Shown one piece after another: positions 46,489 through 55,200 of a DNA stretch of 64,000 nt. The DNA comes from a virus. Taxonomy: Duplodnaviria > Heunggongvirae > Uroviricota > Caudoviricetes. Location of the stretch: the IMG/VR virus record IMGVR_UViG_3300027974_000025, one strand, 5' to 3'. Within the stretch, counting starts at the first letter, position 1. Each line of letters begins with the position of its first letter. The translations under genes and the position numbers were made by a program. The notes under the pieces were generated by a model. That model had not been told where the DNA came from. It did no database searches and saw only the letters and a program-made list of their open reading frames with translations.

Positions 46489-48013
46489 TGATTTAGCATA
46501 TAATCAAGGAGTATCATTCAATAGCTTGAACAGTGGAGTATCCCAAGGATATTTTACTGCTAAAACTAGTATTCCATTTACGCCAAAACAAGTAACTAAA
46601 TCAGAATGTAATACCTATGTAAATATTGATCCAACTTATTTGCCATTTGCTGAAAAAGCAAATAATCAAATAATAGTAAAAAGAGATTTAAGAGCTAATG
46701 AAGCTGCTATTTCAATATCCAACTTTTTTTTCACAGGAACAATAACAGATGTAACAGTCAATGGAGTTAGTATAACAGGTGCTTCATTCCCATTAGATAT
46801 AGGTAATAGCACAACAGGTTACACTACACAATTAGGAACATACGATATATTGGTTTATTATGCAGACGCAGATATGCCTTCAAATTATATGAGAATTCAA
46901 GATTCTGCATATAACAATTTATGTGTAGATGGTTTTTCTTCATTAGGACCAGGACCTTATTATGTTACATTTTCTAGCCAAGTTGTAAACACAAGCATTG
47001 GCGTTGTAATAGAATCAGGAGATGGTTCTTGTATTGGTCCCCTACCACCACCATTTTTCCCAGATTCTCCAATAAGTGCAGTAGCAGTAAGTAGAGGGAC
47101 TGGTCAGTACATGATTGCTGCTATATCTAAATTTTTATCTAGTGGATATCAAGCTGGTGGATTATATGTTTCTTCTAACTATGGTTCATCTTGGACATTT
47201 GTGCCAATAGTAGGTTATTGGATTGATGTAGCTATATCAGATGATGGTTCGCATATGCTTGCAGTAGAACAATATGGTAAAGCATACAGATCTGCTAATT
47301 ATGGGGTAAGTTGGTCTGAAATAAGTTCACTTGGTACAGATTCTTTTAGGGGACCTTCTATTTCTGGAGATGGGCAATTTCAATTAATTTGTACATACTC
47401 TGCATCATCAACTTCATTTATAAAAAAATCAAATGATTATGGTGCAAGTTGGACAACAGCATATTCATATTTTAGGTCAAATTTTTTTAGTTCTACAATA
47501 AATTCATCTGGAAGTGTTTTTTTAGTGGGAGGAGGTATTGGAAGTAATTCATTTATACTACGTTCAGTAGATCAAGGCTCATCATGGTATGAAGTATATT
47601 TTGCTCAATACGGAGGAGCTGTAAATGACATAAATATAAATGCATCAAATGGTTGGGTACTTGCTTCAAATTTTGGGTTTAATAATGAAGGATTTTACTT
47701 AGTTAAATCAAATGATTCAGGTGCAAGTTGGTTACAAATTAATGGAGGATCAGCTCAAGAAAATTGGATTAAAACAGCTGTTAGTAATACACCAACAGGA
47801 TTAGCTTTATACAATATTGGAATCACTTCTTATATTCAACAAGTTTCAGCTACAGGCCCAGTTCCTTTAGCCACAGTAAGTAATTTAACTAGTAGTCCTG
47901 TAAAAGACTGGCATGCATTAGGTAATTCAGATAATGGTCAATACATATTAGCAGGAGCTTATAATGGATTGTTCTTGTCTACAAATTATGGAAGTAGTTT
48001 TACAGCATTATAA
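46478..48013 (+). CDS. BNR/Asp-box repeat (sialidase-like beta-propeller) protein, a probable receptor-binding or glycan-degrading fibre component
   Basis: Six SxDxGxxW-type Asp-boxes: SSNYGSSWTF, SANYGVSWSE, SNDYGASWTT, SVDQGSSWYE, SNDSGASWLQ and STNYGSSFTA. Its start overlaps the giant fibre stop. Confidence 0.65.
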   Translation: MAYSDLAYNQGVSFNSLNSGVSQGYFTAKTSIPFTPKQVTKSECNTYVNIDPTYLPFAEKANNQIIVKRDLRANEAAISISNFFFTGTITDVTVNGVSITGASFPLDIGNSTTGYTTQLGTYDILVYYADADMPSNYMRIQDSAYNNLCVDGFSSLGPGPYYVTFSSQVVNTSIGVVIESGDGSCIGPLPPPFFPDSPISAVAVSRGTGQYMIAAISKFLSSGYQAGGLYVSSNYGSSWTFVPIVGYWIDVAISDDGSHMLAVEQYGKAYRSANYGVSWSEISSLGTDSFRGPSISGDGQFQLICTYSASSTSFIKKSNDYGASWTTAYSYFRSNFFSSTINSSGSVFLVGGGIGSNSFILRSVDQGSSWYEVYFAQYGGAVNDININASNGWVLASNFGFNNEGFYLVKSNDSGASWLQINGGSAQENWIKTAVSNTPTGLALYNIGITSYIQQVSATGPVPLATVSNLTSSPVKDWHALGNSDNGQYILAGAYNGLFLSTNYGSSFTAL

Positions 48014-48028
48014 ATAAAATAAATCAAT

Positions 48029-48649
48029 ATGACAGTATTAATAACATTAACTTTAGCAGGGACAGATGTTGGTCCCTTCAATCTTTTTTCAAATGTGGAT
48101 GGGTATACTACACCATTAGCAACAGGAATATCTAGAGCTGCATTAATAGCAGGATACAGCCTTACAGGTGTGCCTGATGATGCTGCAGTTATAAGAGCTC
48201 AGTCTACAGGAACTTGTACAAACTATCTTGATATGTATCTAAGTGGTGGTACAACCACTACATCTACTAGCACTTCTTCTACAACAAGCTCTACAACTAC
48301 ACCACCTCCAGCATGTCTCACTGGTGATACAAGTGCTGTGGCATCATGTGCAGGTGGGGAATCAGCTCTATTCACAGTGACTGTAGGAAATACAGCAATC
48401 ATCACTCCTGGTGGATATTACTACTCTGGATCTGGTACAAGAACTTATACAGCATACATTATGAATGCTGCTAATGATACAGTGTTGTACACATTCAACT
48501 ACACTCAGACAGGTTCTTCTCCTGGTACTTGGACATCTGATTTGCCTCTTAACACACTATCTGCAGGTAGCTATCGCCTAAGAACAGACACTGTGAACTG
48601 TTTCACTAGCTCTGGTTCATTTAGTTTAAATGCTAGCTGTGGTTCATAA
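48029..48649 (+). CDS. fibre-associated protein, member 1 of a paralogous N-terminal-domain family
   Basis: Its N-terminus MTVLITLTLAGTDVGPFNLFSNVDGYTTPLATGISRAALIAGY is shared with ORFs 57128 and 57573. It has a Ser/Thr/Pro linker (TTTSTSTSSTTSSTTTPPP). Confidence 0.5.
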   Translation: MTVLITLTLAGTDVGPFNLFSNVDGYTTPLATGISRAALIAGYSLTGVPDDAAVIRAQSTGTCTNYLDMYLSGGTTTTSTSTSSTTSSTTTPPPACLTGDTSAVASCAGGESALFTVTVGNTAIITPGGYYYSGSGTRTYTAYIMNAANDTVLYTFNYTQTGSSPGTWTSDLPLNTLSAGSYRLRTDTVNCFTSSGSFSLNASCGS

Positions 48650-48688
48650 ATAGTTAAAAACCTCTGTTTGTTGGTTTACAGAAGGTCT

Positions 48689-48722
48689 CCCCTAGGGTTT
48701 CTACCCTGGGGGTTTTTTGTTT
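48689..48722 (+). terminator. rho-independent terminator
   Basis: cccctaggg(48689-48697)-tttcta-ccctggggg(48704-48712), a 9-bp stem with one G-U pair, followed by TTTTTTGTTT. Confidence 0.6.
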
Positions 48723-48772
48723 AAACTCTAACTAAAAAAGTTATTGTATATAATTAAATTAGTTAGTAAAAT

Positions 48773-48804
48773 TTTGAAAATGTCAGAAATAGTTCTTACC
48801 TTTA
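48773..48804 (+). promoter_or_regulatory. Bacteroidetes-type promoter (TTTG, 20-nt spacer, TACCTTTA)
   Basis: TTTG at 48773-48776 and TACCTTTA at 48797-48804. It lies upstream of the 48833 start, which carries the AACTACATATG leader. Confidence 0.4.
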
Positions 48805-48832
48805 CAATAATTTTAACCAAAATAAACTACAT

Positions 48833-50083
48833 ATGCCTGAAAATCAATCCTTGCTACAACAGCTAGAAGAGATGGTACATTGGAAAAAGAGTAAAAAGTT
48901 CTATGCTGATAAGCTTGGAATTACAGAGTTTGAGGTGGATGAGCTATTAAAAGAATTAAGAAATCAAGAACAAAGTGAAGAAGATGCTGAGATAGGAAAC
49001 TATGTTGCTGAGTTAGAAAACGCAGTGATTAAGTTTACAGAAGATTTAGCTAAGGGTACAGGAGAGGTTGTAGCTAATTTTAGTGAAGAGGTTAAGAGTC
49101 TTGATGAGCTCATTGAGAAATGTAAGATAGATACAGAGAAGTGGGAGATAACCAAATATGTCCAAAACTTCTGGGGGAATGGAGGAAATCCTCATTGGCA
49201 AGTCAAAGCATGGTTAGGGAAGAAGTCTACAGAGCAAGTTTTTCAAGATGTGTTTGTAGACTTTTTAACTTCATATAAGCCTGTGTCTCAAGAAGTTATG
49301 AGTCCTAAGGTTGACTTTAACAAACCAAATGGTATGTTAGTTATCAACAAACAAGACTCTCATTTAAACAAATGGGATATAGATGGTAACAATAATGTGG
49401 CAGACAGACTAGCTAACATTATGTACAAGGTGGAACTAATAGCTAATCAAGCTCAATTGTCCAACAACTTAGAGAACATAACTTACATAATAGGATCTGA
49501 TGAGTTTAACAGTGAGTATACCAATGCCACTACAAAAGGAACTCCTCAGCAGAACACACATACATATCATACATCTTTTGAATACATCTGTGGACATGAG
49601 GTGTTAATGATTACAATGTTATTACAATATGCTCAGAACGTTAATGTAATATACGTGGCAGGTAATCATGATGAGTTTGTAGGATGGCATATGGTTAACT
49701 GGTTACAAACCTACTTCAGGAATGTAGAAAGATTAACCTTTGATTGTTCTCCTAAGTATAGAAAGTATGTAAGTTATGGTGATTCAGCATTGATGTTTAA
49801 CCATGGAGATGCTATCAAACCAGTTAAGCTTGCAGGTTTATTCCCAATAGAGTTTAGAGAACATTGGTCTAGTCATAGCAAGTTCTACATTTTTACAGGA
49901 GACAAACACCATGAGGTGAGTCAAGATTTTAATGGTATAAAGTTTTATCAAATTCCAGCATTTTCAAATGCTAAAAGTCTTTGGGACGACAAGATGGGTC
50001 ACACAATGTCCAAGGCAGAAGTAACAGGATTTTTAATAGATGACTGTGATGGAATGACAAATATATTCAAACAGTATTTATAA
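48833..50083 (+). CDS. metallophosphoesterase (calcineurin-like) domain protein
   Basis: 416 aa. The C-terminal half carries the MPE motifs IIGSDEF (GD), VAGNHDE (GNHD/E), FNHGD and FTGDKHHE. The N-terminal half is helical and acidic. Confidence 0.55.
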   Translation: MPENQSLLQQLEEMVHWKKSKKFYADKLGITEFEVDELLKELRNQEQSEEDAEIGNYVAELENAVIKFTEDLAKGTGEVVANFSEEVKSLDELIEKCKIDTEKWEITKYVQNFWGNGGNPHWQVKAWLGKKSTEQVFQDVFVDFLTSYKPVSQEVMSPKVDFNKPNGMLVINKQDSHLNKWDIDGNNNVADRLANIMYKVELIANQAQLSNNLENITYIIGSDEFNSEYTNATTKGTPQQNTHTYHTSFEYICGHEVLMITMLLQYAQNVNVIYVAGNHDEFVGWHMVNWLQTYFRNVERLTFDCSPKYRKYVSYGDSALMFNHGDAIKPVKLAGLFPIEFREHWSSHSKFYIFTGDKHHEVSQDFNGIKFYQIPAFSNAKSLWDDKMGHTMSKAEVTGFLIDDCDGMTNIFKQYL

Positions 50084-50820
50084 TGGCAACATTAAGACAA
50101 ATGGTTTCAGATGTACGTTCAGTACATAAATTGCTCACTACAGATAATCTAATTACTGATAGAGTAGTTGCGTCTGAAATCAAGAACAACACACTTTTAC
50201 TAATCAAGCGTGAGACTAATCTCAGAAAGCTTTGGGCTACTGACACTGTATTTCAAACACTTCCTTGTTTGGAAATGATAGAGGTGCCCATCTCTGATTG
50301 TTGTGAATATGTGGAACCATGTCAAGTTGCAAGAAGCAGATATAAACTTCCTCGCATCAGTGAGGGAAACTATCAATACTTAATCCAAGGTGTTTATTCT
50401 ATAAACGCTATGGGAGGTAATGGTAAAAGATTCAAAGAGATTACAATCAATAGATACTTAAATCTATTAAAACTACCTATCATCAAAGCTGAACAATACT
50501 ATTGGATAGCAAATGGTGGGTATCTATATATCAACAATCCTAATTTACAATCAGTTAGAATATCTGCCTTCTTTGAAGAAGATGTTCCAAATAAGATTTT
50601 ATATCCTGAGGATTGTGCTTGTGGAAACATTCCTCAAGTTAGTGATGAAGATTATTGCATAAATCCATTAGACAAGGAATATGGATGCCCTGGTTACTTA
50701 ATAACACAAGTGTTACAACTTACTTCTCAAAAACTATTATCGACATACTTTAGCATTAAAACAGACCAAACATTTGATGGCATTGATGGACAAGCTCCCA
50801 ATGCAAAACCAACTAGCTAA
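50083..50820 (+). CDS. virion/tail structural protein (hypothetical, Cys-containing)
   Basis: 245-aa ORF packed with the ATAATGG overlap. Confidence 0.4.
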   Translation: MATLRQMVSDVRSVHKLLTTDNLITDRVVASEIKNNTLLLIKRETNLRKLWATDTVFQTLPCLEMIEVPISDCCEYVEPCQVARSRYKLPRISEGNYQYLIQGVYSINAMGGNGKRFKEITINRYLNLLKLPIIKAEQYYWIANGGYLYINNPNLQSVRISAFFEEDVPNKILYPEDCACGNIPQVSDEDYCINPLDKEYGCPGYLITQVLQLTSQKLLSTYFSIKTDQTFDGIDGQAPNAKPTS

Positions 50821-51296
50821 TGCGTACCAAGATAGACTGGAGAAGTTCTAGTAAAGAAAACTACAGTAACTTTTGTAAGAAACATCCCACCATAAAAATT
50901 ACATTTGATGAGTGGCGAAACATTATATATTTATATAATGACAATTTTAAAAACTACATTCTAGAAACAGGAGAGAAAGCAAGACTTCCTTTTGGCTTTG
51001 GTGAGTTCTCTATCAATAAAAAGAAGAGAAGAAAAACAAAGACAGTTGATGGAAAGGAGATGGTCAATCTACCAGTTGATTGGCAGAGAACAAAACAAAA
51101 AGGCAAAATCATCTACAACTTCAATTATCACACAGAAGGTTACTTCTTTGGATGGATGTGGTTTAAAGAGTCCACTAGGATTCGTAATATAAATCTTTGG
51201 TATTTCAAACCTTCTCGTACCACTTCTAGATTGCTGTCACATTACATAAAAACAGATGATAAATACCAACACATTTATTGTGAATGGAAAAAATAA
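50820..51296 (+). CDS. hypothetical protein
   Basis: 158-aa basic ORF. Confidence 0.4.
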   Translation: MRTKIDWRSSSKENYSNFCKKHPTIKITFDEWRNIIYLYNDNFKNYILETGEKARLPFGFGEFSINKKKRRKTKTVDGKEMVNLPVDWQRTKQKGKIIYNFNYHTEGYFFGWMWFKESTRIRNINLWYFKPSRTTSRLLSHYIKTDDKYQHIYCEWKK

Positions 51297-51302
51297 AAGA
51301 AC

Positions 51303-52277
51303 ATGGCATACTACTACAAGTACAATTTTGTCTCACCTGAACCAGTTTATTCAACTGTTAAAGAAGAGTTAAAATCTTATTTTGACACAGGAGCAGTTGA
51401 TGATTTGTTGTTCCCTACTTACTTAGACAAGTGTCTACAGAAGTTGGGCAGATCAAGTTATGTTATTGCTGAACAAACATTAGATATTTCTGGTTATGAA
51501 GCTAGACTTCCTGACAACTTCTTTGCTGTTAGAGAAGCTTGGATGTGTACAGAGTTACCATCTAACTATCCATATCAGACAGCTAATTCATTCTATTCTC
51601 AAGCTGCTACACAAACAACTATTCAAGTGAGTCCTATTGTAACAGACTGTACTATTCCTAGTCCATGTTGTGGCAATGTAGGATGTGATGGTAGCTGTAT
51701 GCCTGAGATTATACAAACTGTATACAAAACTAATCAACAGATTGCTAGAGGAATAAGAAAACAATATCTATTAAAACCAGGTAATATATCTTGTCAAAAC
51801 AGATGTGATGTAACTTATACAGATGCTTGGCAGTTTTATACAAGTGTGCCTCCTGTACGTGAGTTCACTCCAGGAAGTGCTGGTTATGATAGCTTTGACA
51901 TTAGAGATAATAAGTTTGTTACTAACTTTAGTTCTGGTGTTGTTCATATGATATTCTATGCTACAGACTATGATGCTGTTGGTAATCAATTGATTCCTGA
52001 CAACTATCGTATAAGAGAGTTTGTAGAAGCCTTTATTAAATACAAGGTGTTTGAGACATTGTCTAATCAAATCAATGATGAAACTTTCAATCAAATACAG
52101 CAGAAGTTAGTATACTACAAACAGCTACATGATGAAGCATTCATTATGGCTAACATTGAAATAAAGAAGCAAGACGCATGGACTAAACAAAGAAGAGTAA
52201 GAAATGACTTACAACGCTTTGCACAATATGAATTACCAAATAGAAGCTCAAGATATGGCAGTGGATGGAATAGATAA
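51303..52277 (+). CDS. virion/tail structural protein (hypothetical)
   Basis: 324 aa with a Cys cluster CTIPSPCCGNVGCDGSCMPE. Confidence 0.4.
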   Translation: MAYYYKYNFVSPEPVYSTVKEELKSYFDTGAVDDLLFPTYLDKCLQKLGRSSYVIAEQTLDISGYEARLPDNFFAVREAWMCTELPSNYPYQTANSFYSQAATQTTIQVSPIVTDCTIPSPCCGNVGCDGSCMPEIIQTVYKTNQQIARGIRKQYLLKPGNISCQNRCDVTYTDAWQFYTSVPPVREFTPGSAGYDSFDIRDNKFVTNFSSGVVHMIFYATDYDAVGNQLIPDNYRIREFVEAFIKYKVFETLSNQINDETFNQIQQKLVYYKQLHDEAFIMANIEIKKQDAWTKQRRVRNDLQRFAQYELPNRSSRYGSGWNR

Positions 52278-55200
52278 TCAAGAAACATCCAATATAAGAC
52301 AAGAATACAATCTTGGCAGAGTTGGATTAGACATGGACTCTTCTGTAAATCAAATACAGAAGGGTAAGCTTTCTTATGCTCTAAACGCAGCATTAGAAAA
52401 CTTTGACTCTAATTCTGTAAGCTATCAAAACGAGCCAAGTAATGAAGCTTGTTTAGAGTTTCCTGCAGGCTACCATCTTATTGGAACACATTTTATTCAA
52501 GAGAAAAATAAACACATATTCTTCTTAGCTAATCCTGAAACAGGGGGAAGTGAGATAGGATATATGAATAACAATGATTGTATCTATCATACACTTTGTA
52601 CTCCTATTCCTGATACAGAACTAACAGTTTGTGCTAATTCTCCATGCTTAAACTTTGATATAAACTATCCAATACACAAAGCTGTACATAAGATAACCAA
52701 TTGTACTACAGAAGTTTATTGGACTGATGGATTAAATCCAAGAAGATTTATTAATATTGAACAGGTTCCTTACATTACCACCTATCTAAACAATCAAACT
52801 TGTGATCCACAGATCCAAGCAACATTAGATTGTAATAAGTTAAATGTACAACCTAACTTTCAAATTCCTAATATAGAGGTTTCTGATATTGTTGTAGGAG
52901 GAGATTTAAAAGCAGGTACTTATCAGTTTGCTATTCAATATGGCAATGCTTCAGGAGATGCTTACACATCTTATTACTCTGTAACTAATCCTGCATCTAT
53001 TGCTAATACAGAGGTGACTACACCTGACTTTCAATATTCTGTAGGTAAGTCTATTGTATTGAGTATCACTAACTTAGACATTACAGGATACTTCCAATAT
53101 TTTAACTTGGCTGTTATAAAAACCATCAATAATGGTACCACTGTAGAATTAGTGGGAACATATAACATTCAAGAAAAGAATAGATTAATTACTTACACAG
53201 GACAGAATGTAACTCAAATTCCTTTGAGTCTTGCAGATGTTCTTGAAAAGTTCCCTTATTATGAGATTGCTAAAGACGTAACAAATGTACAAGATGTTAT
53301 AGTTTGGGACAACCTTACCTCCATTGATAGAATCAACTATCAAAGCATAGCTAATCAAATACAACTTCAATGGGAGACATATAAACTACCAGCTGGTAAT
53401 ACCTATGCTGATGGTTTTTATACAGCTAACTTGAGAGGATATTTGAGAGATGAGGTGTATGCTTTTGAAATAGTATTCTTATTAGATAATGGTAAACAAA
53501 CAGATGGTTTCCATATTCCTGGTAGAGCTAAGAACTTCAACGAGATATCTGAGCCAGATGTAACAACAGCTAATGCTGATTATATAGGAGATGGACTTCC
53601 TCAACCTTATTGGAAGATATATAATACAGCTTCTGTATCTACAACATATCCTGTTCCTACAGGAGATGCTAAAAAGATAGGAGATGCATATCCTTATCAA
53701 TCTGGAGACTTTGCATATTGGGAGTCTACAGACTTATATCCTTGTAATACAGATGTATGGGGAGAGCTTGCTGGAACACCAATTAGACACCATAAGTTTC
53801 CTGATGTTCTTGTAAGTCCTTACTTTGAGAGCCCAAGTATCATATATTCTGGAGGTCAGATAGATCCTGTAATGCAAACAGCTAATGCCATCTATCCAAT
53901 AGGTGTGAAGATAGATGTACAACAAATAGAATTTATCATTCAAAACTCTAGTTTAACAAATGCAGAGAAGGCATCTATTGTTGGATTTAAAATAGTAAGA
54001 GGTAATAGAAGTACAAACAAATCTATTATTGCTAAGGGTATATTAAGAAATGTAGGTAAGTATGAAAGAGAAGGAACAGAATATTACTATCCTAACTATC
54101 CTTACAATGATTTAAGTACAGATCCATTCTTACTTAAAGAGAACAATGCATACAATTCACAATGTGATACATTCACAATAACAACAATAACTCCTGGTAA
54201 GTTACAATATACAAACTGTAATACAGGAGAACCAGATACATTAACCTTTGATAGTAGTGTTACTAGTATTTGTTCTATTACACTTCCTGTTGTAAATAGT
54301 GGATCAGCTACATTTGTAAATGTTACAGCTACATCATATACAATTAATGTAATTTCTGGTAGCACTTCTTTTAATTATACAGATATAATTACAAACGCTT
54401 TACAGAGCATTACTATTGTTTCAGGAAATCCACAATCTGTAAATTCAAAAACTGTTCCTGTACGTACAGGCGGAAGTACTAACTTTACAATGGTTGCTAG
54501 TAATGTTGGTCAAAACAATGAATGTTATCCTAAACAATTAGATGGATTTAATAATGCTGACTCTCCTTACAGACAAGTGTTTAACTCTCCAGAAACTTCT
54601 TTTGGACAGCCTACATTAGGTAATGTTCTTAAGTTAGAAAGTGTATTGTTTGGTGGAGGAAGAGCTCATTTTGTTGAGGTGCAAAAACATGCAATGTATA
54701 AGCTCCTTACTAAGCAAATACAAATTGATGCTTTGGATTCTAGTAGAAGAATAGCTGACCTAGGAGGGTTTAGTGCCACAGCAATGTTTACAGCTTACCA
54801 GTCTTATCTACAAATATACATCAATGGTGTTAGTAGAAAGAACTTTGCATATTCTTTTAACTCTATATCTAGCTATGACTATAGTTCAGATATTCCTAAT
54901 AATCAGGGAGTTAAACAAAGACAACTTGATAAATCTCAATACATATTTCCAGGTGTACAGAACGTAGGTGATAATCATGATATTAACAACTGGAATAGAG
55001 AATCTTCAGTTTATGTTAAAACCATTGATAGTAGAGATGGTGTACCTTTTACAGTGGCTCCTCTACCATATCCTAATCAAACTCCTTCTCTTGTTGTAGC
55101 AGGTGTAAGTCAGATTAGTGATAATTCAAGATTTACTCTTGGAGAATCAGGAAACTGTGCATCTCCTGAATTTCAACAACCTATAAAAGTGGTATCTTAT

